A stretch of DNA of 49,347 bases, taken from contig CAJBTU010000425.1 of NCBI GenBank assembly GCA_903958625.1, forward strand, positions 1-49,347, read 5' to 3'. Positions 8,059 through 17,730 of the stretch are shown here, piece after piece; positions within the stretch are counted from its first letter, which is position 1; each line of letters begins with the position of its first letter. This DNA is from an uncultured Ignavibacteriota bacterium. Its GTDB lineage: Bacteria > Bacteroidota > Ignavibacteria > UBA10030 > UBA8401. The translations under genes were made by a program, and so were the position numbers. The notes under the pieces are model-generated. The model worked only from the letters and a program-made list of their open reading frames with translations, had not been told where the DNA came from and made no database searches.

Positions 8059-9981
8059 TCAGTCCATCCGTTTGATGATATTTTTGTTCTGATGGTTCAA
8101 AATGTCTTTCCCTTCACCCGTGTATAAGAAATCGATCCTTTCTTTATAATACTCGGTGATCTTCCCCCGGACCATTTTTAGCGTGCTGTTGAGGAAATGG
8201 TTCTGCTCCGTAAATCCTTCCCCGAGCACTCCAACGGCCGACGGAAGCCATCGTTCAGGAAATTCACCGGCATATCTTCCTCCCGTGCGGTATTCTTTGA
8301 TCTCCGATTCAAGCAGCGAAAGCACTTCACGTTGTCCCTGCTCGGTATGCGTCGTAAGACCTTTTTGCTGAAGAAAGCTCAAGATCCTTTCCTTATTTGG
8401 AACGATCAAAGCCGCAGTATACATGGATTGATTATTGTATAACATCACCTGATCGATATACACCGAATTTCCTACCAGCGCTTCCTCTATTCCTTCCGGA
8501 CTGTATTTCTCACCGTCATGACTGATCAGCAGGCTCTTTTCACGCCCTAATACAAATAAAAAATTATCCGCATCCAGATATCCGAGATCACCGGTAAATA
8601 ACCATCCTTCGCGGATTGTCTGGTTTGTTGCTTTTTCATTCTTCCAATATCCTGCCATAACATTCTCGCCGCGGATAACGATCTCACCGTGCTGACCAAC
8701 CGGAAGCACATTCCCTTTATCATCACAGATCTTCACCTCAAGATTCGGAACAATGCTTCCGGAAGAACCAAGTTTATGTTTGGCCGGAACATTGGCAGAA
8801 ATGATCGGTGACGCTTCGGTCAGTCCGTATCCTTGATACATGGGAATACCGATCGCATAGAAAAAGCGCTGCAGTTCTATATCGAGCAAAGCACCGCCGC
8901 CGATGAAAAATTGCAGCCTCCCACCGAATCCATCACGTATTTTTTTAAAGAGCAGGAAATCGATCATTTTATACTGCACTTTTTCCCACATTGTTCCGTT
9001 AGCCCCCTTATCCCATCCGATTCCGTTGATCTTGTAACCAAGGTTCAATCCTTTATTGAACAACGATTCTATCTTCGCTCCTTTTTCTTTAATTCCCTTT
9101 TCAATATTTTTCTTGAAATTTTTTGCAAGGGCCGGAACGCTTAAGAGAAATGTCGGTTTTGATTCCCGGATATTTACCGGCACGTTCTTGAGGGTCTCAA
9201 ATGGTGTTTTCCCCACCTGAACCGAAGCCATGCTTGCACCGTTCAGCATCAGCGTATAAATTCCTGCGGTATGAGCAAAACAATGATCCCAGGGAAGGAT
9301 CAGCAGTGAACAATACTCCGGCGGAATATGGAGAAGTCCTGATGCCTGTTCAACATTGGCAGTATAATTTCTATGCGTAAGGATGATCCCTTTCGGATCA
9401 GCTGTCGTACCGGATGTATAGCAGATATTTGCCGGATCATGTTCCGCAATGGAATGCCACCGTTCTGAAAATTTTTCCGGATATAACTTGAGATATTCCG
9501 TTCCGATGTTCAACAAATGCGTAAAAGATAATTCTTCGTCATTCACCGGTTGTCCGTCGAGCACAATCACCTTTTCAAGATCGGGAAGATCGTTCTCGAT
9601 GGAGCGTATCTTGTGCACGTGGCCGCCGGAGACGATCACCATCCGTGCGCCGGAATGCAGCAGGCGGAACTTCAGGTCAGCCAGCTCGTCAAGTTTCACA
9701 GAAAGAGGAACATTAACAGCGCCGGCATACAGCATTCCCACCTCCGCGATCACCCAGTCATTTCTCCCTTCGGAGACCAACGCAATACGGTCCCCTTTTT
9801 GTATACCGATGCTCATCAATCCGGCAGCGCAAGCATATACTTTTTCCCTCGCTTGAGCATAGGTGAGACCTTCATACGCAGTTGATTTCTTTTCCCAAAG
9901 GAGAATGTTGGCGGAAAATTTTTCACAGCTCTTTTCGAGCAGATTCGGGATGGTCCGTTGTGTTGAGTTATTCATAGTCAA
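8059..9981 (-). CDS. Long-chain fatty acid-CoA ligase (AMP-dependent synthetase)
   Basis: YTSGTTADPKG, QGYGLTE, TGDLG, GREKSLL adenylate-forming motifs. Confidence 0.9.
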   Translation of the reverse strand: MTMNNSTQRTIPNLLEKSCEKFSANILLWEKKSTAYEGLTYAQAREKVYACAAGLMSIGIQKGDRIALVSEGRNDWVIAEVGMLYAGAVNVPLSVKLDELADLKFRLLHSGARMVIVSGGHVHKIRSIENDLPDLEKVIVLDGQPVNDEELSFTHLLNIGTEYLKLYPEKFSERWHSIAEHDPANICYTSGTTADPKGIILTHRNYTANVEQASGLLHIPPEYCSLLILPWDHCFAHTAGIYTLMLNGASMASVQVGKTPFETLKNVPVNIRESKPTFLLSVPALAKNFKKNIEKGIKEKGAKIESLFNKGLNLGYKINGIGWDKGANGTMWEKVQYKMIDFLLFKKIRDGFGGRLQFFIGGGALLDIELQRFFYAIGIPMYQGYGLTEASPIISANVPAKHKLGSSGSIVPNLEVKICDDKGNVLPVGQHGEIVIRGENVMAGYWKNEKATNQTIREGWLFTGDLGYLDADNFLFVLGREKSLLISHDGEKYSPEGIEEALVGNSVYIDQVMLYNNQSMYTAALIVPNKERILSFLQQKGLTTHTEQGQREVLSLLESEIKEYRTGGRYAGEFPERWLPSAVGVLGEGFTEQNHFLNSTLKMVRGKITEYYKERIDFLYTGEGKDILNHQNKNIIKRMD

Positions 9982-10150
9982 ATGGAGATTTTTGAGTAAT
10001 ATTTTAACTTTATGTACCGAGAATTCTCAGGAAAAGCAATCGGTAAAAAAAGTGCGAAACAGAATCAAGATTCAAAACCGGACTTGCATATAGCGCAGGA
10101 TCTCTCTACCATAGAGTTCACAGTAATCTCAAACATAAAGGAAACGTGCA

Positions 10151-10585
10151 ATGGAAAATCAAAATTATTCAAACCATCGTCGATATGTTCCTCTGTATCA
10201 TGGACTTCTCTTTTTCTTGCTTACTATCACCTTCATCGGTTCGCTGGTAAACATCTATGAGTCGTGCTGCAGCAATCAATCCATCTACAGCGCGTCATTG
10301 ATCACTGTTCTTACCTTTTGCGGACTTATCCAATTCTGGTACAGCAGAGCATTTGCCGTTGGGGTGCAGGATCGCGCAATTCGTGCGGAAGAAAATCTGC
10401 GTCATTTTGCAATGACGGGCAAACAGTTTGATCCGAACCTGAAGATGGGACAGATCATCGCTTTGCGATTTGCCTCGGACGAAGAATTTTTACCCCTGGC
10501 AAAACGGGCTGTTGAAGAAAAATTATCACGGGACGATATTAAGAAGGAAATTAAAAACTGGCGGGCAGACCATAATCGTATTTGA
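10151..10585 (+). CDS. Small membrane protein, DUF6526-like
   Basis: QNYSNHRR...YH start, two hydrophobic helices, QDRAIRAEENLRH and ALRFASDEE; family name from recall. Confidence 0.7.
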   Translation: MENQNYSNHRRYVPLYHGLLFFLLTITFIGSLVNIYESCCSNQSIYSASLITVLTFCGLIQFWYSRAFAVGVQDRAIRAEENLRHFAMTGKQFDPNLKMGQIIALRFASDEEFLPLAKRAVEEKLSRDDIKKEIKNWRADHNRI

Positions 10586-10668
10586 ACGATAAAACAAATG
10601 AAACACAAATTCAAAAGTCCGCGATGCAGACCTATCTATGTGCTACACAACTTTGAAAGGCATAACAT

Positions 10669-10845
10669 ATGGATGTAAAGATCGAAAACGGAAAACTCCT
10701 CATCAGCATTGAACTGCAGGAGCCGACACCAAGTGCATCGGGAAAAACACTGGTCGTCGCAACCACGCACGGCAATATGCCGACACAATGTATCATCAAC
10801 GGCAAACCTGTCGTGATCGGGCTGAATGCGTATATAAAGAAGTGA
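10669..10845 (+). CDS. 58-aa conserved hypothetical protein (PSASGKT...GLNAY type), below the ORF-track cutoff
   Basis: MDVKIENGKLLISIELQEPTPSASGKTLVVATTHGNMPTQCIINGKPVVIGLNAYIKK*; GAAAGG 8 nt upstream; followed by a hairpin. Confidence 0.8.
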   Translation: MDVKIENGKLLISIELQEPTPSASGKTLVVATTHGNMPTQCIINGKPVVIGLNAYIKK

Positions 10846-10863
10846 TCTGTTTCCTTTTCAACG

Positions 10864-10908
10864 AGTCTCTTCCGGAATTTTAATAAGAGTAAACCTCCGG
10901 AAGAGACT
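10864..10908. terminator. 13-bp inverted repeat between convergent genes
   Basis: AGTCTCTTCCGGA-19nt-TCCGGAAGAGACT. Confidence 0.55.
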
Positions 10909-10944
10909 TGTTTGAGCAATATTTCCCCGCTTTGCGGAAGGTGC

Positions 10945-12399
10945 TTACTTCATTAACAGCAATTTTCGTATCTGCGTTTTCCCTGATGATGATAACCGTG
11001 CGAAATACATTCCGCTGGAAAGATTTGCAGCGTTGAATTGCGCAGAGTGTGTTCCGGCATCATTCGTTTCGTTCACTAATGCTGCTACTTCTTTCCCAAG
11101 CATATCAAACACCTTCAGTGATACGTGATCGCTCACCGATAACTGATAACTGATCGTCGTCGTTGGATTAAATGGATTCGGATAATTTTGGTACAGCATA
11201 AATTCCGAAGGTAAAGAAATGTCGTCAACCTTGGTCACCGGAGTTGCCGGGATCGTCATCTTCCGGTAGAATATTTCGTCGCCGCCCGTACGAGTATCGA
11301 TCCAGGCCACACCAATTGTATTATCATCAATCAAGGTAACGGTATGTTTAAACGCTTTTTGCGGTACCGTATTAATTCTTATAGTGTCCGACCATGTGAT
11401 ACCGTTCTTACTCGAAAGAATATAGATGTTATTTTGCCTCTGTTTAATACAGGCAATCGTTCCGGTATTAGTTAATAATAGTTTGGGATTCACATAACCC
11501 AAAGTATCTATTGTTCCGCCGGTGCTCCAATCCACGCCATAATTATTTGAACTTCTGATGAATGCTTTCGATCTGTTCAGCATTGGTATTGCCTGTCCGA
11601 ACTGATCGCATACGAGATAGATTTTTCCTGCAGACGAGAGTGCAGCCGAAAGAGAATAGAAATTTCCAAAGTCAGCATTATCCAGGGAGCCGACTTTTGC
11701 GGGAGATGAAAATGAAATCCCTTCATTAATCGAACGCGTCATATAAATGTTGGCGCCGACCGAATAAAAAACAAAAACATTGTCCGTCCCGCCAACCGCA
11801 ACCACCTGCATTTCAAGGGTCATTTTCTCTACAAGATTTGTGTCAAGCGGAGCTATTCTTGTTTTAACATTAAAACTATTCCCTCCACCGGATGATCGAA
11901 CCAGAAATATTTTATTGGTGTCGGAATAATTCAAATACAAACAATACACATTCCCTTTTGCACTTGTCCGAAGTATGGGATTATCGGGACGTAATGAAAT
12001 ACTGTTCGACTTCTGGATCGTTTCCAATATCATCGGACTTGACCAGAGAAGACCATTGGAGCTATTCTGAAAAAGAAGGTCGTAGCGTTGAAGAGAAACA
12101 TTTCTATCAATGTACGTTAAATACCTATTGTCTCCGTTTGCACGCATACTTACGGTATATGGACCGTAGCTGAGCGGATCAGGTTTTACCGGTGTTGTTA
12201 TTGGTGTTGGTGGTCCATCCACTCCAAATGAATAATAGAACAAGTTTGTGCCATACGCTAAATGAATAAGATTATTTGAGAAATCAATTGATGGTGCGGC
12301 AACACTGCTGGGGGCCTGTTTTGTTACCTGATAATCTTGAGAAAAAAGAGTTAGTGCACAACAGAACGCAAGTAGAATTGTTCTTAAATAGTTTTTCAT
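10945..12399 (-). CDS. Secreted BNR/Asp-box (sialidase-like propeller) protein with T9SS C-terminal sorting domain
   Basis: Signal peptide; Asp-box-like repeats SSNGLLWS, RSINEGISFS, SSNNYGVDWS, SKNGITWS; C-terminal LYQNYPNPFNPTTTI...GMYFARL. Confidence 0.8.
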   Translation of the reverse strand: MKNYLRTILLAFCCALTLFSQDYQVTKQAPSSVAAPSIDFSNNLIHLAYGTNLFYYSFGVDGPPTPITTPVKPDPLSYGPYTVSMRANGDNRYLTYIDRNVSLQRYDLLFQNSSNGLLWSSPMILETIQKSNSISLRPDNPILRTSAKGNVYCLYLNYSDTNKIFLVRSSGGGNSFNVKTRIAPLDTNLVEKMTLEMQVVAVGGTDNVFVFYSVGANIYMTRSINEGISFSSPAKVGSLDNADFGNFYSLSAALSSAGKIYLVCDQFGQAIPMLNRSKAFIRSSNNYGVDWSTGGTIDTLGYVNPKLLLTNTGTIACIKQRQNNIYILSSKNGITWSDTIRINTVPQKAFKHTVTLIDDNTIGVAWIDTRTGGDEIFYRKMTIPATPVTKVDDISLPSEFMLYQNYPNPFNPTTTISYQLSVSDHVSLKVFDMLGKEVAALVNETNDAGTHSAQFNAANLSSGMYFARLSSSGKTQIRKLLLMK

Positions 12400-12529
12400 A
12401 GTTTCCCCTTTGCGATAAGAATTGTCTTAATATCTTGAGTTATTTTAATGAATAACCGAATGGCATCGTTTTCGTATGTAGATCGACACTACCAAACGTA
12501 AAAAATGAAATACTGACAGAATTGGAAGC

Positions 12530-12780
12530 TCCCTTTTTTGATGAGTACAATTTCCACACAACAATTCTATATTTCTTTCTGTAATACTTCCCCCTTTTAA
12601 AACAGGAATGATAATGTCATGCACTCATTTATCCCTGCTGCCACATTTCACACATTTCATTTCTTTGCCAAACATAAATTCTACACTCTTCTGGTATTTA
12701 ACCCTTTTATACTCTTCTCCATTAAATATTTTATTGACGTGATTCCTTTTTTGAATACGTCTGAGGGTAATGTAACCACT
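12530..12780 (-). pseudogene. Degraded HNH endonuclease
   Basis: Piecewise translation ...EEYKRVK / IPEECRIYVWQRN / KCVKCGSRDK*VHDIIIPVLKGGSITERNIELLCGNCTHQK. In-frame TGA at 12625-12627 plus two apparent frameshifts. Boundaries approximate. Confidence 0.65.
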
Positions 12781-13042
12781 TCAACAGCCCAAATCAACAA
12801 TTCGGGGTCATATACAACCGGAACACAAAGCAGTAAGGAATGTTTCCTTCCATTCTTCCCATCGCATTCCCTTTTTCGGTTTTTCTTCGGAGAGATATCG
12901 GAGAGCGTCTTGCCGGGAACGCTGATGTTGAACGCCAAATCATAAGTTCGTTTTACCAACGTCAGGTGCACCAGAACCCGTAGTGGCATCTGAAGAGGTG
13001 CATGTTGTTAGCAGCCATTCACCAGCGGTCCCTTTAAAATAC

Positions 13043-13068
13043 AATAGCCCTGTATTATCAGGGCTATT
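13043..13068 (-). terminator. Hairpin downstream of tRNA-Lys
   Basis: AATAGCCCTG-6nt-CAGGGCTATT, then GTATTTT on the minus strand. Confidence 0.7.
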
Positions 13069-13071
13069 AAG

Positions 13072-13143
13072 TGATCGCGGATGGTCTCGAACCATCGACC
13101 CTCTGCTTAAAAGGCAGATGCTCTACCGCTGAGCTACGCGATC
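13072..13143 (-). tRNA. tRNA-Lys(UUU)
   Basis: GATCGCG acceptor stem, TAGCTCAG D-arm, anticodon arm TCTGC-CTTTTAA-GCAGA, GGTTCGAGACC T-arm; CCA not encoded. Confidence 0.95.
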
Positions 13144-13163
13144 ATCATTTTTAAAGTGCTATA

Positions 13164-13192
13164 AATATAAGAAATTTAATCGCGTTTTGCAA
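13164..13192 (-). promoter_or_regulatory. Sigma70-type promoter of tRNA-Lys
   Basis: TTGCAA-N17-TATATT. Confidence 0.55.
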
Positions 13193-13218
13193 CGATTGAA
13201 CAATGAAATTAACGTAAT

Positions 13219-13506
13219 TTACTGCTGTTCAACCAACTGCTGTTCGACCATTTCATCTTCAGTTTTTTTCTTGCGGAATATTATTCCTATGGGAATAATA
13301 ACACAATACCCGAGCACGAGAAGCACGGGAGCAATGGTCAGTGCAATCGAGTTGTCCCAGGGTTTCGTGCTTAGCGCAATATATCCTGCAAGAATAACAA
13401 CAATGCCCGAAAGGATGATCAGATAATTGATTTTTTCTAAACTGAGCGATTCAATCCGTTTAGTTTTTTTCTTTGTGATTTTCTCTTTTTGGATCAGTTT
13501 TGCCAT
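13219..13506 (-). CDS. Two-TM small membrane protein, DUF3098-like
   Basis: Basic N-terminus, NYLIILSGIVVILAGY...IAPVLLVLGYCVIIP; AAGGAG upstream. Confidence 0.7.
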   Translation of the reverse strand: MAKLIQKEKITKKKTKRIESLSLEKINYLIILSGIVVILAGYIALSTKPWDNSIALTIAPVLLVLGYCVIIPIGIIFRKKKTEDEMVEQQLVEQQ

Positions 13507-13531
13507 GATTTCTTCTCCTTCCCCGGTTCAT

Positions 13532-13613
13532 AAAAAAAGCCAGACGTTGGGGGACCGTCTGGCTCGACCTGTAATTTGCAACACTCAGGGGAATAAATAT
13601 TGCAAAGGTCGAG
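13532..13613 (-). ncRNA. Candidate small RNA (long hairpin plus intrinsic terminator)
   Basis: Promoter TTGATT-N16-TATATT (13644-13617); stem CTCGACCT/AGGTCGAG with inner TTGCAA/TTGCAA; terminator AGCCAGACG-GTCCCCCAA-CGTCTGGCT plus T-run; no ORF. Confidence 0.55.
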
Positions 13614-13680
13614 TATAATATAATTAGAATATTCTTAAAATCAATGTATCATTACACCGGTTCTCCGTTTTCAGCTGAAG

Positions 13681-16600
13681 TCATGTTTTTTTCGGCCGTT
13701 TCTTTTCCCCGGATGTTGCCGGTCTCTTTTTCGGCTGCTTCGGCGTAGTGTCCCCCTTCTTTGTAATTATTTTTGGTGCTTTTTTTTCTTTCACCGCCGT
13801 TAGAAGCAATTCTTTCAATCGTTCTATTTTATATTCGGATCGAGTTGAGGCGTCACGTATCTTTTCAGCCATGCGCTCCAGCAGTTTCAGATCACCTTTC
13901 TCTTTTACCGGACTCCGCGGTATATAGAAAAACCGCAGCAGCAGAACCCACTGCATCAGCGTATCAAACTGTTCTTTGTTGTAATACCAAATATCGTTGT
14001 GCTGATTTACCGCAAGAAAATTTGCCGTATCGAAATCGTTGAACAACTGCTCCACGATCGACGAGAGTTCCATCGCCGGATCCATAAGAACGGTATGTTG
14101 TTTTACAATGGTCTTAAAGATCGCAACGGTATTCTCCGCATCGGAATGTTTACTTCCGTTTTCAGCAATAATCTTTTTCAATATCTCATCCAAATGCAGC
14201 TGCTGGAATACATCATACGGCCTTTGCTGGGCCGAACCATTCTTGGCAGCTTTTCTGCATTCATAGACGAGATTGTACAGCAAAATATGGACCGGTAAAG
14301 GAACGTTAGGCGGCACCGGCCGTGCGCTTTTGTTCTTTGACGTATCAGGTAATAGTTTTTGTTCCGCGGCGGAAGCGGAAAAATACCGCTGCACGGTCTT
14401 CAAAAACTCGGAATGCCTCTGCCGGCCCGCTTCAAGGTCTGCCGGAAGATGTGTATGGCTGGCAAGTTCTGTGAAGATATGATCATAGCTGTTCGAGAGA
14501 GTATCATAATTGAATTTTTTGAATCCTTCTACTACCGCACGGTGGAACGGCTGCATCTGGATCTCTTTCAGGAACGAATCGAGTGTTCCTGTCCCTTTCC
14601 CGTTTAACCGCTGAGCGACGGAAGCATACGCACCTGTTTCGTCGGCGATCTCCTGGAAATCCGTCAGCACGGCATACTCAAAGGCCCGAAGTTCAACGTG
14701 AATTCCCTGATCGAAAAGTTTCTTTCCGGAAATGAGATACTCCAAATTCGATTTCCGGTCACGGAAACGATAAAATATTTTTTCGGAATGCTGGAACCGC
14801 AGCGATTCTGCCAGGGTGATGGAGCGGATTTTCCCCTGTTCATTCACTGCTTTGGGAAGCGAATGTTTTATGTATCCCCGGCATTCCGAGAATTTATTAT
14901 GGAAGAAAATAACGGCCCGTTCATTCCCGGAACTGTTCGAATAGGCGATCACATCCTCGTTAACGAAGCCGCGGTCATCAAGAAAATCATAGAATTCAAA
15001 ATGATGCACCTGGCTGAAGAGAAATCGTTTTTTCGTCAGCGGAAAAATTTCGTGTTCGTGCCTCCGAATCAGCCATTCATCCGGTGTTTCGTTGTAATAG
15101 GCGCGCTGGTATTCCATTCCGTACTTCTCGGTAAATCCTTCAATTTGTCCGTGGGCGAACATCGGTAATCCGGGAAGCGTGATCATTAATGTTGCAACAC
15201 CGAAATATTTATCATCCTTCCCGAACTGTTCCACGGCCGTCTGCTCGTCCGGATTGCTCATGAAATTGACATACCGTTTCAGTATCTCCGGATTGAATTC
15301 AAGCGTATTCTTGATCATCGCACGGAACTTCTGGTTCTCTTCCTTCATCAGCATATGCATGAACGCGCTGTTATAAACCCGATGCATACCAAGCGTGCGA
15401 ACGAAATACCCTTCCATCAGCCAGAATGCTTCGGCAAGGAGAAGGGTTTGAGGCATTTCCGCGTTGAAGCGGTCAACAACTTCGCGCCAGAATTCGTTCG
15501 GGAACATTGCTTCGAATTCCGAACGGGACAAACTATGATCCTGCCGCGACGGAACACCCGATGTTCCCGGCATAGGATACCACAACCGCTGGAAATGCTT
15601 CTTGGCAAGCGTCATAGCCGCATCAAAACGAATAACGGAGAATTTCCTTGCAACGTGAAAGATGTTCTGAATAACCGCTTCACGCACATCCGCTCTGAGC
15701 AGATTCAGCTGAGCGGTATCATTCCACGGCATACTTGTTCCGTCGTTCCCGTGATAGAAATACCGGACCTCCCCATTCCTCTTATCGATCCGCTGAAAGA
15801 CAACGGCGGCATCGCTTCTGCTCCAATATCCGTCTTCGATCCGCAGTTCAATGGATGATTCGTGCGAGAGATCTTCGCCGGTGAATCGGTAGTTCGGATA
15901 CGGCGGGTGTTCGGATTGAATAAAATATTCCGGGTGCTCTACCACCCATTTCGAGAACAATCCCATATGATTCGGCACCATGTCGCCGGCCAGACGGATC
16001 CCTCTTTGCCAGCACCGGCTGTTCAAATTCTGAAACGAATCTTCTCCGCCAAGATCGCGGGCGATCTCATAATCGTACAGCGAATAAGCGGATGAAACGG
16101 CGTCAAGATTTCCCGTAATTTGTTTTATCCGCTTCGATGCCGCACTTCGTTCCCACACACCGATAAGCCATAGGCTGGTGAAATTCCACCGTGCAAGCTG
16201 ATCCAGTTCTTCGTCGGGGATTTGGTCGAGGCGTTTTATCTCCCGCTGATATTTTTTGGAAAGCTGATCGAGCCAGACATAAATATTCTTTGCGATCAGC
16301 ACAACATTCGGCATCCAGTCGATATCCGGAGTGAATTGTTCCGGTTCGGCATAGACATAATCTTCCGGCTTTATCAAACCCTTGCGGATCAGATCTTTCT
16401 GCTCTTCGGGAGTGAGAGTCTTTTCCTTTTTATACTCGGGAACGAATGTTTCAACATTCGGCTTGCCGCGGAACGGATTGAAGGCGTTCCAAATGAACTT
16501 CTCTTCCTCTTTTGAATATTCGAAACTGCCGATGATGCGGTCGATAAATTTTGAAGAAAGAACGATGCCCCACCGCTCTTTCAGGAATCCTAATTGCGCT

Positions 16601-17325
16601 TCAATATTATCGGGGTGCTCAAGAATCGGCCGTTTCAAAGCTTCGAGCAGCGACTTTTTATCGGGACCGAACGGTTTTTCCTTTGCAAAAAACCGTTCCA
16701 GTTCTTTTAAAAGGGCGGTATATTTTGTCTGTTTTACGAGATTGGTATCATCGAACAGTTCTTTCACCTTTTTATTTGCAGGGTTGAGATTGGAAAGATA
16801 TAACATGACCAACTCTTCTAACGCAATCTCTTTATGAGGTCTGTTCGATGTGACCGAATTGAAGTACGCTTTTTCCGTCTGCTGTTCCTTGAAGACGGAT
16901 TTCGGCGGAAACTCTTTGAGAAATTGCAGCAATGTTTTCTCAACAACGTCTTTCCCAAGCGCAGAATCGAGATGTTTATACGCCCGTTTCATTGCTCCGG
17001 GATTTTCTTTCTCGTCATAGATCCGTATCAAATAATGACTGATCTCGTCGAACAGACCAACGGCATTCAGAAAGCCAGCGCGTATCTCTTTTTCCGGGTT
17101 TCCCGCAGTGCCGCGGATCGTGTTGATGGAATAGGCAAGTTCACGCACAACACGGAAGTTCGGGAAAATGACATTCCCCGACGATTCAAGCAGCGCTTCT
17201 GTTACCTGATATTTTATTCTGGAATATTTACTGATATGGAATTCGAAGCACGGGGTATATGAAAGCACCGCCGATAAGGATGGATTCGCTGATGAGAGTA
17301 TAATGACCGGAACGTAACGCTGCAT
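13681..17325 (-). CDS. Very large alpha-amylase family (GH13) protein
   Basis: Conserved regions DMVPNH, RFDAAM (nucleophile D), LAEAFW (acid/base E), SNPDEQ. No signal peptide; start codon uncertain. Confidence 0.85.
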   Translation of the reverse strand: MQRYVPVIILSSANPSLSAVLSYTPCFEFHISKYSRIKYQVTEALLESSGNVIFPNFRVVRELAYSINTIRGTAGNPEKEIRAGFLNAVGLFDEISHYLIRIYDEKENPGAMKRAYKHLDSALGKDVVEKTLLQFLKEFPPKSVFKEQQTEKAYFNSVTSNRPHKEIALEELVMLYLSNLNPANKKVKELFDDTNLVKQTKYTALLKELERFFAKEKPFGPDKKSLLEALKRPILEHPDNIEAQLGFLKERWGIVLSSKFIDRIIGSFEYSKEEEKFIWNAFNPFRGKPNVETFVPEYKKEKTLTPEEQKDLIRKGLIKPEDYVYAEPEQFTPDIDWMPNVVLIAKNIYVWLDQLSKKYQREIKRLDQIPDEELDQLARWNFTSLWLIGVWERSAASKRIKQITGNLDAVSSAYSLYDYEIARDLGGEDSFQNLNSRCWQRGIRLAGDMVPNHMGLFSKWVVEHPEYFIQSEHPPYPNYRFTGEDLSHESSIELRIEDGYWSRSDAAVVFQRIDKRNGEVRYFYHGNDGTSMPWNDTAQLNLLRADVREAVIQNIFHVARKFSVIRFDAAMTLAKKHFQRLWYPMPGTSGVPSRQDHSLSRSEFEAMFPNEFWREVVDRFNAEMPQTLLLAEAFWLMEGYFVRTLGMHRVYNSAFMHMLMKEENQKFRAMIKNTLEFNPEILKRYVNFMSNPDEQTAVEQFGKDDKYFGVATLMITLPGLPMFAHGQIEGFTEKYGMEYQRAYYNETPDEWLIRRHEHEIFPLTKKRFLFSQVHHFEFYDFLDDRGFVNEDVIAYSNSSGNERAVIFFHNKFSECRGYIKHSLPKAVNEQGKIRSITLAESLRFQHSEKIFYRFRDRKSNLEYLISGKKLFDQGIHVELRAFEYAVLTDFQEIADETGAYASVAQRLNGKGTGTLDSFLKEIQMQPFHRAVVEGFKKFNYDTLSNSYDHIFTELASHTHLPADLEAGRQRHSEFLKTVQRYFSASAAEQKLLPDTSKNKSARPVPPNVPLPVHILLYNLVYECRKAAKNGSAQQRPYDVFQQLHLDEILKKIIAENGSKHSDAENTVAIFKTIVKQHTVLMDPAMELSSIVEQLFNDFDTANFLAVNQHNDIWYYNKEQFDTLMQWVLLLRFFYIPRSPVKEKGDLKLLERMAEKIRDASTRSEYKIERLKELLLTAVKEKKAPKIITKKGDTTPKQPKKRPATSGEKKRPKKT

Positions 17326-17406
17326 TGCAACCCCAAATAGTTACAATAGTATAAAGAAATTATTTTCTTTGTTCAATTTCTTTCCTATATTTAGTTAATT
17401 CATTTA

Positions 17407-17479
<73 letters not shown>

Positions 17480-17483
17480 CAAG

Positions 17484-17729
17484 ATGTGTTTCGTATATAT
17501 TCTTCAAAGCATTAAATCCGGCAAATTCTATGTTGGTCATGCCTTGGATCTTCCAAAGAGGCTCAACCATCATAATAGCGGATATTCCAAGTCGACAAAA
17601 TCAGGTGTTCCGTGGGAAATCGTTCATACCGAAGAATACCAAACTCGATCTGATGCGATGAAGAGAGAATATGAAATTAAGGCAATGAAAAGCAGAACAT
17701 ACATCCTTCATCTGATAAAAAAGAATTAA
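17484..17729 (+). CDS. Small stand-alone GIY-YIG nuclease (81 aa)
   Basis: FVYILQS...FYVG, KRLNHHNSG, TKSGVPW, AMKREYEIK; starts 4 nt after the tRNA. Confidence 0.88.
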   Translation: MCFVYILQSIKSGKFYVGHALDLPKRLNHHNSGYSKSTKSGVPWEIVHTEEYQTRSDAMKREYEIKAMKSRTYILHLIKKN

Positions 17730-17730
17730 T

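Noticed and set aside
10632-10919. 95-aa minus-strand ORF
   Set aside because: It is an antisense shadow of the better supported 58-aa plus-strand gene.
12619-12989. ORFs 12619..12945(+) and 12681..12989(-)
   Set aside because: No recognisable motifs; they overlap the HNH remnant and degraded sequence.
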